Sequence record: NC_061450.1
Reading direction: 5' to 3' (one strand)
Length of the DNA stretch: 64,000 bases
Below, piece after piece: positions 56,201 to 64,000 of this stretch (positions within the stretch are counted from its first letter, which is position 1; each line of letters opens with the position of its first letter). The notes beneath the pieces are model-generated. The model was not told where the DNA came from, did no database searches, and saw nothing but the letters and a program-made list of their open reading frames with translations. Made by a program: the position numbers and the translations under genes.

Positions 56201-57156
56201 CCAGCTGGCTGGTTGCTTGTACCTGAACCAACAAGACGGCCTGAACGCGTACACAACACGTTGTAAGTGTCTGACGCATCCGTGTAAAACTGATCGTTGA
56301 GTACACTTGTCTGAGAATAGCTGGCGTTGAGTGTGTGCGCCTGACCCAGATTATCCAGCACGACATAAGTGTCAGCACTGCCGTTTGAACCAACATTCTT
56401 ACGGCGATATACAACGCGAGCTGTGTTAGTAATACCCGTATCAGCCTGACTAAGGAAGTTCATTCCCTTGTCATACACTTCAACCAAACCGCTTGCATAA
56501 AACACGGTGAACTCACGGGCTTGCCCGTTTAGTCGTTCAAACACTTGGACGATCGTTTGATCATCTGTGTCCGCAAGCACAGCACCAACAGTGACCTTAT
56601 CAAGCGTTGGAGCAGCATTCAAAAAGAATACTTTTCCATTGTAACGGTCGTGGGCAATGAATGGGCTTTTGGTTGTGTCAAACAAACTGCTCGGCATGAG
56701 ATTCAGGCTGAGAATATGGCCTGCATCAATTGCCTTCTTAAACTCTTCGCCTGTCGGAACCTTTGTTTCGCCCACCAGCACAAGGCCATTGTAGGACGAA
56801 CTGATATAAGACTCTTTAGGCAGCTCACCAAAGCCTTTACGCTGGATGCGATAATCGATCTCGCGAGACTGAGGCAACACAAGGATGCGCGACGCCTGTT
56901 GAGAAATCTGCCACTCGTTGTCGAACTCATAGTACACGCTGACGATCTGCGTGGTACCTTGATCGGTAGGAGGGCTGCCTGTGACTGCAACAGTGTATTG
57001 TCCATTGACCGGACTTACGGTCTTTTGGGTGTTGCCATCAGAGAACGTGCCGCCAACCGTATGAAAGACAATATCACCACTTGCGCCATCGATGGATAGT
57101 GAGGTACTCCAATTGGCCGCAGTAGCTGTCGCTATTGTTTGAATCTGATTGGACAT
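53209..57156 (-). CDS. Large virion fibre/appendage protein (beta-propeller-like region, Ig-like repeats, low-complexity stalk)
   Basis: PDAFHF.......Y....ITITGI...V Ig-like repeat; Cys-containing C-terminus VCENVCGSYGC. Confidence 0.65.
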   Translation of the reverse strand: MSNQIQTIATATAANWSTSLSIDGASGDIVFHTVGGTFSDGNTQKTVSPVNGQYTVAVTGSPPTDQGTTQIVSVYYEFDNEWQISQQASRILVLPQSREIDYRIQRKGFGELPKESYISSSYNGLVLVGETKVPTGEEFKKAIDAGHILSLNLMPSSLFDTTKSPFIAHDRYNGKVFFLNAAPTLDKVTVGAVLADTDDQTIVQVFERLNGQAREFTVFYASGLVEVYDKGMNFLSQADTGITNTARVVYRRKNVGSNGSADTYVVLDNLGQAHTLNASYSQTSVLNDQFYTDASDTYNVLCTRSGRLVGSGTSNQPAGFAFYQFVPGTLIAVGVNAATGAVCQFNIRDNALYAPSRNLVQDNRVVYNAAADWTADGTGLVGGLDTDGTDSLIRFADGTTATFTDPGFSYLGIYGTSYTDDSSSRRFYAVARPTRNLMHLNQRDYSATIPDFDQIGSANVQFSLTVKTADKDIPLEIRFPDGVVWTAKVNGQPVKYVQDGDVVQFTASHPTITRHSFAFTIGRSSGLFELKPDTLPDAFHFESVSGIDEGEVYSTEEITITGINTKVPVSVTVNGQPATDNVQIFIDGVEATEPFMIANNGKLRLEVLHEGTRSRVVVTVGTGSTNFGIYTVAEPILNSIRNWAYQATGIEVVSDALTNPGPQQLNLTLTDDTTALFSNGTKQVTLDQGQSATIKFTPQENKQYHVTFNTDQTEYDWQVWADNVWLDPQPATQRAERYVLGDSGDIKFDAIPPNFYTHLRVPAGILLQIDGSYVNLPLDVRGVYNAQTEIRNVACTSVLRMEGLPSHDQPHTILLGDAKLKWLYDFTVDPTYQAIADKAVATAVPQFVARTPNTIATNMPQFVATSVSARTDHDQDFDAQTGDKADTVYARQFVVSDAYADSEFLSRFVPHRDAVVTDSFGTQPVAGDDQLGTLYDNNRFVSAEAEAPVWQGFNVFDTAVDYDSLLLDLPTVRLVAWSKVSGVDSTSRARYATSPITAQIDNAARAEWIQSSPALGQSNDRAQKASGTHNWIDALVPQVILPTARIDVDAAQALQRQYTSLPVDGALSDISASPVTYHVDSWEPRWTHVPRITFRYDMYVGIVTKPKSYPISMHGRTVGKTLTYKLNIRVRHVYDLLHRLATGKIKYAPATKVGKVVNAKSAFVVTKAAYGQKTSVGRVLPVVLSASINVDAKFVAVPASNPVDTAQADRKTNTVIAVTQARPTRPVVKVINVPRPVTEMPPIAVDYGEQDPLKQGYFATELDALRNATEVWGHDPTAVYGIKQPNGYWTWAQVVVCENVCGSYGCDTRGYLSGG

Positions 57157-57182
57157 TTGTCACCTCAAGGCAGTAAAACGAC

Positions 57183-57205
57183 AAAGGGGAACCCGAAGGC
57201 TCCCC
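57183..57205 (-). terminator. Rho-independent terminator
   Basis: GGGGAGCC-TTC-GGGTTCCCC-TTT. Confidence 0.85.
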
Positions 57206-57211
57206 AGTGAA

Positions 57212-58402
57212 TTATACGCCACCGCCTTCGGTCAGCATGAACAAACGCATACCCGTGTTTTTCGGGCTGTTCGCACTTAGTGCTTTGTACTTACGCAGCT
57301 TAGGCTGGCCGTTCGCTGTTTCACCATAGACCTGAGTCTCAATGGTGGTGCCGTTGGAAATAACATCAGCAGACGCATAGCCCACCATGTCCATTTCGTA
57401 CGGATATGAGAAGCGCTGGGTGTTGAAGCCCTGCGGCAGACGGAAGTCAAACTGGTTGTTCTCAGAGAAAGCAACCTGTTGCAGTGGGTTGATTACCGCA
57501 AAGGCATCAGCACTGTGGACAGCAGCATTGACCGGCGGAGTTGGTGCGTTAACATCAGACTCACGAACGGTAAAGCGCTGGATGCTGTACGCCAGATTGG
57601 TATTCAGACCGCTCAGGGTGCTTGCAGCGAGGTTCAGAGGACGATCGTTGGTTGGGCTACCGCCGCCATTGACGCTGAACATACAGAACAGAGGTGCTTT
57701 ACCAGTTTTAACAATGGTACCATCGCTGTTGATTGCACGCTGGATAACAACCCAAGCGTGACGGCAGCCAGCATCATCCTGGCCTTCAATGCGAATGTGC
57801 AGCGCGATGCCGTGGTCTGAGATAGCCAGACTGTAGGTAAACGGAGTAGCTGCCGCATCACTACGAATCAGGCTTTCGCCGTTGGTCTGGTTAACAGTTC
57901 CGCCAACAGCGGTATCAGATGAGAAGCTCATGGTGCCAGCATATGCAGTGGCGTTAACGCCCTGAGCACTGTCAACACCGCGATGCCAGAAGCAGACTTC
58001 GTTGATATCGTTGCCGTCGGCATCCTGAGGAATCGCGTTGTTCTGAGCCATAAAGCGACTACCGATAGCACCGGCGTAGTTTGGCTTGAGCGCAGAAGAA
58101 CTGAAAGGCACTTGACCAACGCGGGCAATATCACCCAGATCTGAAATCTGCTCAGGTGCGCCAGCGTACATGCGGGTAGACACTGGGTAGCACTTGACAG
58201 CGATACGCCAAGGCTGCACGTCGAACAGTGGGTCAACGGCAACTTTTGGTTTGATCACGAAGCTGTCCAGCTTGGTGCTTGGAACAGTTGTAGCCAATGC
58301 GCCGTTAGCACTGATCAGATCAAAGCCGTTAGTAGTCAGGTCAGTCAGAATAGACTTCCACATCGATTGGTTACTGACAAATCCAGTTTTTTCGATAAAC
58401 AT
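57212..58402 (-). CDS. Virion structural protein, paralogue A (candidate whisker/hair subunit)
   Basis: Aligns end to end with 58415..59386 (DHG.AL, SIQRFTV.E, INP.QQV, NTQR, GY.SADVIS.G, N.GMRL); strong codon bias. Confidence 0.75.
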   Translation of the reverse strand: MFIEKTGFVSNQSMWKSILTDLTTNGFDLISANGALATTVPSTKLDSFVIKPKVAVDPLFDVQPWRIAVKCYPVSTRMYAGAPEQISDLGDIARVGQVPFSSSALKPNYAGAIGSRFMAQNNAIPQDADGNDINEVCFWHRGVDSAQGVNATAYAGTMSFSSDTAVGGTVNQTNGESLIRSDAAATPFTYSLAISDHGIALHIRIEGQDDAGCRHAWVVIQRAINSDGTIVKTGKAPLFCMFSVNGGGSPTNDRPLNLAASTLSGLNTNLAYSIQRFTVRESDVNAPTPPVNAAVHSADAFAVINPLQQVAFSENNQFDFRLPQGFNTQRFSYPYEMDMVGYASADVISNGTTIETQVYGETANGQPKLRKYKALSANSPKNTGMRLFMLTEGGGV

Positions 58403-58414
58403 GGTGATTCCTTA

Positions 58415-59386
58415 TTACGCAGAAGCTGGGAGGCCAACAGGGAACATCAGACGCATACCACGGTTATCTTTACCGTTAGCATTCATCCCACGATAGGTAG
58501 TCTTGGTGCCTGCCGGAGTCAAATCAATCTGGCTGCCAGCAGAAATAACGTCCGCCGAGGTATAGCCCAACAGGTCAAGTGTCACAAAGTACACATAACG
58601 CTGCGTGTTGATCAGTTTCGGGAACAGCACAACAGCCTTGTTACCTTCCGCCAGCATTACCTGCTGCATAGGGTTGATAATAGGACTGGCATCAGCACTG
58701 GCCTGCGAAGCACTGATAGACTTGGTAGCACTGTTGATGCCCGCTTCGATAACGGTAAAGCGTTGAATCGACGTAGCAACAGCCGTGTCAGGGTCACCAT
58801 TCTGGCCACCAGCATTGCTGTAGATGGCAAACAGTGGACTTTTCTCACCTGCAGCGGTCTCACCATCAGTCAAACCACGCTGAACAACAGCCCATGAGAA
58901 ACAGGTACCTGTGTTGTCATAACCTTCGGCGTTGATCTGGAGAGCAAAGCCGTGGTCGGTTGTTACCAGATCGTAGGACAGAGGGTAAGCGCCAAGATCA
59001 GCCGTTGCGTCCATCTTCCAGTCTGCTACGAAATCAGCAAAGTGGTTAGCAGCCAGGCCGTCACGAGACATGCGACCGATGCTGGTGGTTGCCGTACGGT
59101 TGAGTGCTTGGAACTGGCTGCTCATCTGCAACAGAGGCAGGACGCTGAGATCCAGATACTTGCCAGTATTTGACGCAGTGATAATCACAACCCATTTCTG
59201 AGCATCAGCCTGAGTATCAACGGCAGTGGTGGCCTGCAGGGCGAATGACTTTGAATCAGTGCCCACTGTAGTGCCAGCATTGCCATCAACACCGATCAGG
59301 TTAAAGCCAGAAGCCTTTAGTTTGGTGGCGAGGTCTCGGGCCAAGGCTTCTGGCCCTACGAAACTGCGCCCTGTTTGATATTGCAT
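58415..59386 (-). CDS. Virion structural protein, paralogue B
   Basis: Paralogous to 57212..58402; GGAG RBS. Confidence 0.75.
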   Translation of the reverse strand: MQYQTGRSFVGPEALARDLATKLKASGFNLIGVDGNAGTTVGTDSKSFALQATTAVDTQADAQKWVVIITASNTGKYLDLSVLPLLQMSSQFQALNRTATTSIGRMSRDGLAANHFADFVADWKMDATADLGAYPLSYDLVTTDHGFALQINAEGYDNTGTCFSWAVVQRGLTDGETAAGEKSPLFAIYSNAGGQNGDPDTAVATSIQRFTVIEAGINSATKSISASQASADASPIINPMQQVMLAEGNKAVVLFPKLINTQRYVYFVTLDLLGYTSADVISAGSQIDLTPAGTKTTYRGMNANGKDNRGMRLMFPVGLPASA

Positions 59387-59389
59387 GTA

Positions 59390-60160
59390 TCACTCCATTA
59401 CCAGATAGGTTACTGTGAGTTTCGGTTTTGCTGGTGCAGTGCCGATGTTCTTGAAACGCCAGTACTGCAAATTAGCGGCGTCTGTGTTGGAAACAAACGC
59501 AAAGCGTCTGCCCTTAACAAACTGTCCATCCTCTTCTCTAACGCCTTCATCAGTTAAGAAATTAGCTGAGGAGCGGAATAAATAAGGATTTACGTCTTTT
59601 CTGTCATTGGTGGTATGACAGGTCAGTTCGATATCAAACGCGTTGAGTGTGACTTCCAGCAACATACAAGTCTTGGCCATTTCCAATTCGAAATCAAACT
59701 GGAGACCAGGAGCAATGTAGTCTTGGAGTTCATACTCTTTTGTCAGACGCTGCCCTTTGTTTGCACTACCCGTGAGATCAAGCCACACATAGGTATTGTT
59801 TGGGCCACTGACCAGCGTATAACCTGCGCCAGGACTATCTGGAATCGAGTTGTTGGAGTTCAGGCCAACAACGATAGTACCATCGGCATCTTCCGCACTG
59901 ACTAACGGGCTTTGGAACTTGTAGTTCTTGCCGCCCAGATTAGCTTTCTCCCACGTTGTTTTATCTTCTTGCAGTTGATACAAGGTGCGGTTCTCTGACA
60001 CATACACCAACATGCCTGCCTTCTTGGTGCCAGCAGCAATTGCATCACGCTCAGCTAACGTGGAATAGCAGCGCATCCCTCCTCGAAGATATTTGTCCTC
60101 GAGGAGAAATGGCAGTGCAGCAGATACCGGCACTAGAAACGAGTTCATAGTTACCGGCAT
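59390..60160 (-). CDS. Fibre-associated structural protein
   Basis: LRGG.R...TLAERDAI....KAGMLVYV.E...LYQL motif, common in phage fibres. Confidence 0.65.
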   Translation of the reverse strand: MPVTMNSFLVPVSAALPFLLEDKYLRGGMRCYSTLAERDAIAAGTKKAGMLVYVSENRTLYQLQEDKTTWEKANLGGKNYKFQSPLVSAEDADGTIVVGLNSNNSIPDSPGAGYTLVSGPNNTYVWLDLTGSANKGQRLTKEYELQDYIAPGLQFDFELEMAKTCMLLEVTLNAFDIELTCHTTNDRKDVNPYLFRSSANFLTDEGVREEDGQFVKGRRFAFVSNTDAANLQYWRFKNIGTAPAKPKLTVTYLVME

Positions 60161-60172
60161 TGCTTTCTCCTA

Positions 60173-63100
60173 TTACGGGTTACCAGACAGCGGATCAGCA
60201 CTTCCGTAGATGATGCTGTATTTGTAGTAGGTGTTATCGAACGGGAAGTCGTTACGATAGATGATATACTGATTACCATCGATGGTCACCTCAGCAGCAC
60301 CGACGAAGTTGAAGTCGTCGTACTCCTGTGCGCCATCCCAACTACCAGCAAATCCATACGAGCCAGCAGAGTAATCACGGAAGTAGCCATAGCCCAGGGC
60401 TTTCGGCCAAATCACGTAGAAGAACTTGTTGTTGCTCGAAGTGGAACCACCAGCAGGACATTCAACGAACTGCTCACCGGTTGTTGTCAACTTGGTAGCA
60501 AGCGCTAAGGCCCAAGCTTTGGTATAACCCGCAGCGCTGGTTACTTTAGTGCTCACACCGAAGCGTGCACCAATCGGGTCAGTACCGCCACCACCAGTGA
60601 CGCTAATGTTCACGTCTTTGGTTGCAGTCTTGGTACTACCGCTGCGTGTATAGCTCAGGGTCACACGGATTACGCCTGCGACTGTGGTGTTACCTGTCTG
60701 CAACAGACCAGTTGTGCTAATCAGTGGGTTCGAGATTGTGCCGCTGATAACTTGCTGCGTCCACGTACCCTGATTGCCAACATCGATGATAGTGCCATCG
60801 CTGAGAGTTGCAGTACCAACATACTGACCGTTCTGTCCACCAACGATGCTGTCTGGACCTGTCAGCACAAGGCTGTCGATAGTCACAGGAGTAACGCTGT
60901 TGGTAACGTTCATGGTAGCGGTGTATTGCTGACCGTTGAATGTTGCCACACCTTTGATAGTCGCACTCTTGGTTGCCGCGATGGTGTTACCAGTGATCTT
61001 GTCATTACCTGGGTAAGTAAAGATCTTGTCTGTGTCAGTACCTGCACCGCCGTAGCTGATAACAGGAGTAACATCAGTGGTAGTGCCTGTATCAGGGAAG
61101 GTAAGACGCAGTACATAGGTACCAGTCTGTCCAGCGTTGACCTGATTAGGACCTACCAGGCTTGCCGTTGGCGTTGTAGCAGCGTTGATGAGTTTAACTG
61201 TCTTGGTCGGAGTAAACTTCTGACCATCGATTGTCAGTTCCTGCACAGTCAGCACGGCATTCTGGTCAGCGGTCAACGCATCTTTTGCTACGCTGATTTT
61301 CTTAGCGTAAGCAACAGTACCACTAACCAGTGAGGCATAAGCACCACCCGAGGAGAACAGATACACAGGGTTGGTTGCCTGATATGTCGCAGTCTTGCCA
61401 CTTGCGCTGGTGGTCTGCACGGTGTAGTCGGTACTTGTGGTACCTTCTGTCACTGAGTCTGGACCGATGATAGCAACAGAGACAACGGTGTCAGTCGGGC
61501 CAGTAACCTTGAACGTCAGACTATTGGTTTTAGTATCAGTTCCCACTTTTGCAGTCACGTTAACAGTGAATGACTTGTCACCGTAGTAACCATCCAGCTT
61601 ACGTTTGAGGCGAATAGCCCAACCAGCATTGCCTGTCGGCGGTACCAGTTCAAAGTAAGTCTGAGTATCACCAGCAGTCAACGTGTAGGTCAACTCGCTT
61701 GCCAGACCATCACGCGTTGAGTTATCGCTGAATGTCAGGACGCTGCGCAGGTCATGCACAGTACCAGACACATCGTTGAAAGCAAACGCAGGACTAATCG
61801 TTTGAATAGCAACGGAAGTCAGACTGATAACAATCACGTTTTTGATCAGGACAGTCTTCTGGACGCTGAGGCCGTTAGAAGCAGCACGAACCAGCACGGA
61901 TTGGTCTTGATCAACTGAGCCAGCAGTCAACACACCTGTTGAGGCGATTGATGCATAGGCAGTACCCTGAATGATTGACCACTGAGGGTTAGCGACTTTC
62001 ACACGGCTGCCATCTGAGTAAACAGCATAGCACTCCAGAGTCTGAGTAGTTACCTCATTCATCTGGTCATTGCCGACAATCTCAAGATTGACAACAACAG
62101 GTGCCGCGCCAGTCAGCGTTACGTCCATAGTTGCCGACTTGGTGATACCGTTTTCAGTGTAGGTCGCACTGATGGTAACGCTGGACGTGGCCACGTTGAT
62201 AGCGCCTACAGTCAAGGTACCGTCAGCAAACGTTGCATACTGAGAAGCGGCCGTCAGCTTAAACTCGTTAGGAGTAATCGTCGCTGTGTGGCCATCAGTG
62301 TACGTTGCCAGCACTGTGTAGTTTTCAACAGTGTTCTGGGCAGCAGTGTTAGCACCGATAATCTTAATCGAGGCTAGGTCAACAACCACGATAACATTAA
62401 GGATGGTAACAGTCAGGTCAGCAGTCTTGGTGATACCGCCTTCTGCGTAGCTTGCACTGAGAACAACCTGCTCATCTTGAGTCACCTGACCAGCAGTCAC
62501 CGTCTTGTTGACGATTGATGCAAACTGCCCACGGTCCACAGTGAAGGTCAATGGGTTGACAGTCTTGGTCGTGCCGTCAGAGTAGGTAGCGAGGAACGTA
62601 TAGTTCGCCGTCTTGCCTTCCTGAATCGAGTTGGCACCCTGAATCTCCAGCTTGCTTAGTGTAGGAGCAACTGTAGCGTGCAGGATGGTCACAGGCTTGG
62701 TGGCTTGAATCGTCTGGCCGTTAGCCGTGTACGATGCTTGCAGTTCAATCTGACGATCAGCAGTCTCTTCCTTACGCGCAGTCACCACATTTTTATCAAT
62801 GACTGTGTAGGTCTGAGGAGCAGCCAAGAAGGTCTGAGGAACTACCAGTTCAGTTTTGCCATTAGAGTACGTGACACGGAAAGTGTACGACGCAGAGGCT
62901 TCACTTTTGATTGTGTCTTGACCCAGGATTTCCAGCTTCTCAATCTTCTGGGCTTTGACCAGCACGGCTTTGGTAGCAGTGTAAGTTGTGCCTTTATAGA
63001 AGTAAGTAGCTGTCAGGGTAACTGTTGTATCAACAGCAACTGATCCAGCAGTGCCCACCAGCCCATTCAGAGACAACACTTGGTCGTTATCTGAGGTGAA

Positions 63101-64000
63101 GTTGGTAGGAGTTACTGGAGTTGAGCCAGCAGTCTTGAACTGTGCAACAACGCTGAATGTCTGCTTTTGGGCGGCAAACATTGAATCAGCGCCAACAATT
63201 TTGAGGCTGATGAGTTCGTCATCTGACACAAACTTGTTTTTGATCAACAGGTCATAAGTGCCAACAATCCAATCGCCGTACACAGGGTCGCGCAGTCGAG
63301 CCGTAACCTTGAGCACAACATCTGCCTGCAAGTCAGGCGCAGTTACGTTGCCTTGCTGATCGATAGTAACACCCAACACGTTCTGTTGAATAGACCATTC
63401 GATGTTCTTAGGACTCTGCTCAACGTGGTCTTCCCACTCAGCCGTTGCAACCATCTGCACTGTACTGTTGTCCTGCATAAAGCTGGCATCACCAGGCAGA
63501 CTCAGGCGCAGGTTGAGAAGACGTGGACTTGTCCACTTAACGTTTTTGTTGGTAGGCTTAATCCACTGACCGTAGAACTTGTTGAGGTCCTGAGGGTCAC
63601 GGCGTACCAATGCCAACACTGCACCAGCAACAGGAGCAATGCTTGATCCCACCTCAGCAAACTGCTTGCTGTTGATACGAATCATTGTGCGTGGAAAGTC
63701 TGGGTGCTCATGGTAGGTCGGATAACGCGCATCAGACATGCGTGGGTCATCGTCGGATACCACTACAGGGTCTGCTTTATCACGTTGGTCTTCATCGCCG
63801 CTGTCTTGCAGGGCCTGAACAACCACAGTACCAACACGGGTAGTGTTAGCATGAGGCAGAACAACGTCACCTGCTTCAATGCCCAGGTCTGAGGCGTTCT
63901 CGACAACACGACGGTAGATCTGTTTTGAATCAAACAGGTTGGCATAGTCATCGATGGTAATCCAACTACCACGGTGATTGCCGTCCGATACGTGTGAAGT
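60173..64000 (-). CDS. Large Ig-like (Big_2) repeat virion protein, 5'-truncated by the window edge
   Basis: The frame stays open from 63826 to 64000 (TSHVSDGNHRGSW...), so the track start is not the real start; about ten L..(I/L).I.G.......Y.V.A.Y.DG repeats; C-domain shared with the 1509-aa wedge protein. Confidence 0.8.
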   Translation of the reverse strand, partial: TSHVSDGNHRGSWITIDDYANLFDSKQIYRRVVENASDLGIEAGDVVLPHANTTRVGTVVVQALQDSGDEDQRDKADPVVVSDDDPRMSDARYPTYHEHPDFPRTMIRINSKQFAEVGSSIAPVAGAVLALVRRDPQDLNKFYGQWIKPTNKNVKWTSPRLLNLRLSLPGDASFMQDNSTVQMVATAEWEDHVEQSPKNIEWSIQQNVLGVTIDQQGNVTAPDLQADVVLKVTARLRDPVYGDWIVGTYDLLIKNKFVSDDELISLKIVGADSMFAAQKQTFSVVAQFKTAGSTPVTPTNFTSDNDQVLSLNGLVGTAGSVAVDTTVTLTATYFYKGTTYTATKAVLVKAQKIEKLEILGQDTIKSEASASYTFRVTYSNGKTELVVPQTFLAAPQTYTVIDKNVVTARKEETADRQIELQASYTANGQTIQATKPVTILHATVAPTLSKLEIQGANSIQEGKTANYTFLATYSDGTTKTVNPLTFTVDRGQFASIVNKTVTAGQVTQDEQVVLSASYAEGGITKTADLTVTILNVIVVVDLASIKIIGANTAAQNTVENYTVLATYTDGHTATITPNEFKLTAASQYATFADGTLTVGAINVATSSVTISATYTENGITKSATMDVTLTGAAPVVVNLEIVGNDQMNEVTTQTLECYAVYSDGSRVKVANPQWSIIQGTAYASIASTGVLTAGSVDQDQSVLVRAASNGLSVQKTVLIKNVIVISLTSVAIQTISPAFAFNDVSGTVHDLRSVLTFSDNSTRDGLASELTYTLTAGDTQTYFELVPPTGNAGWAIRLKRKLDGYYGDKSFTVNVTAKVGTDTKTNSLTFKVTGPTDTVVSVAIIGPDSVTEGTTSTDYTVQTTSASGKTATYQATNPVYLFSSGGAYASLVSGTVAYAKKISVAKDALTADQNAVLTVQELTIDGQKFTPTKTVKLINAATTPTASLVGPNQVNAGQTGTYVLRLTFPDTGTTTDVTPVISYGGAGTDTDKIFTYPGNDKITGNTIAATKSATIKGVATFNGQQYTATMNVTNSVTPVTIDSLVLTGPDSIVGGQNGQYVGTATLSDGTIIDVGNQGTWTQQVISGTISNPLISTTGLLQTGNTTVAGVIRVTLSYTRSGSTKTATKDVNISVTGGGGTDPIGARFGVSTKVTSAAGYTKAWALALATKLTTTGEQFVECPAGGSTSSNNKFFYVIWPKALGYGYFRDYSAGSYGFAGSWDGAQEYDDFNFVGAAEVTIDGNQYIIYRNDFPFDNTYYKYSIIYGSADPLSGNP

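Noticed and set aside
63763-63972. 69-aa minus-strand ORF from the track
   Set aside because: Alternative frame inside the 5' extension of the large Ig-repeat gene, which is open to the window edge
1-64000. tRNA, rRNA, tmRNA, transposase, integrase, reverse transcriptase, homing endonuclease
   Set aside because: No recognisable signatures by eye; intergenic spaces are short except 19755-20500. A tRNAscan/Rfam run would be needed to exclude them formally.
1-64000. Alternative genetic code (stop-codon reassignment)
   Set aside because: Long ORFs tile the minus strand under the standard code, and TAA, TAG and TGA all end genes at sensible positions

Overview
This window is a 64 kb segment of a jumbo contractile-tailed (myovirus) phage genome. 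Essentially all genes lie on the minus strand. Reading 64000->1, it holds: Ig-repeat and paired putative whisker/fibre proteins; an acidic protein, NAD-dependent DNA ligase and a GT2-TPR glycosyltransferase; the head module (prohead protease, HExxH protein, Zn-finger/acidic scaffold, decoration protein, major capsid protein); the tail module (sheath, two tube paralogues, two gp26-like proteins, tape-measure/lysozyme, hub, gp5-like spike); an accessory block (NUDIX, MmcB, dTMP kinase, a structured non-coding region, small genes); then the baseplate wedge (PAAR, gp25-, gp6-like, Ig-rich wedge) and a fibre cluster with four collagen-like paralogues. Gene content suggests a 'hairy' Y3/Alexandra/AD1-type jumbo phage, but this is inference from recall, not a search. 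Most notable observations: (1) a shared N-terminal S-L-S-small motif on ligase, NUDIX and several head-region proteins, also repeated in the scaffold, a candidate capsid-targeting/maturation-cleavage signal; (2) a complete-looking Hint (intein-like) domain at the C-terminus of a collagen fibre protein; (3) two adjacent genes carrying three copies of a helical hairpin resembling the Acb2/Tad1 immune-signal sponge fold; (4) two tandem, related, structured putative ncRNAs directly upstream of those genes; (5) a ~65-aa domain shared by four scattered genes. No tRNA, rRNA, CRISPR array or transposase was recognised. All family assignments come from motif recognition by eye.
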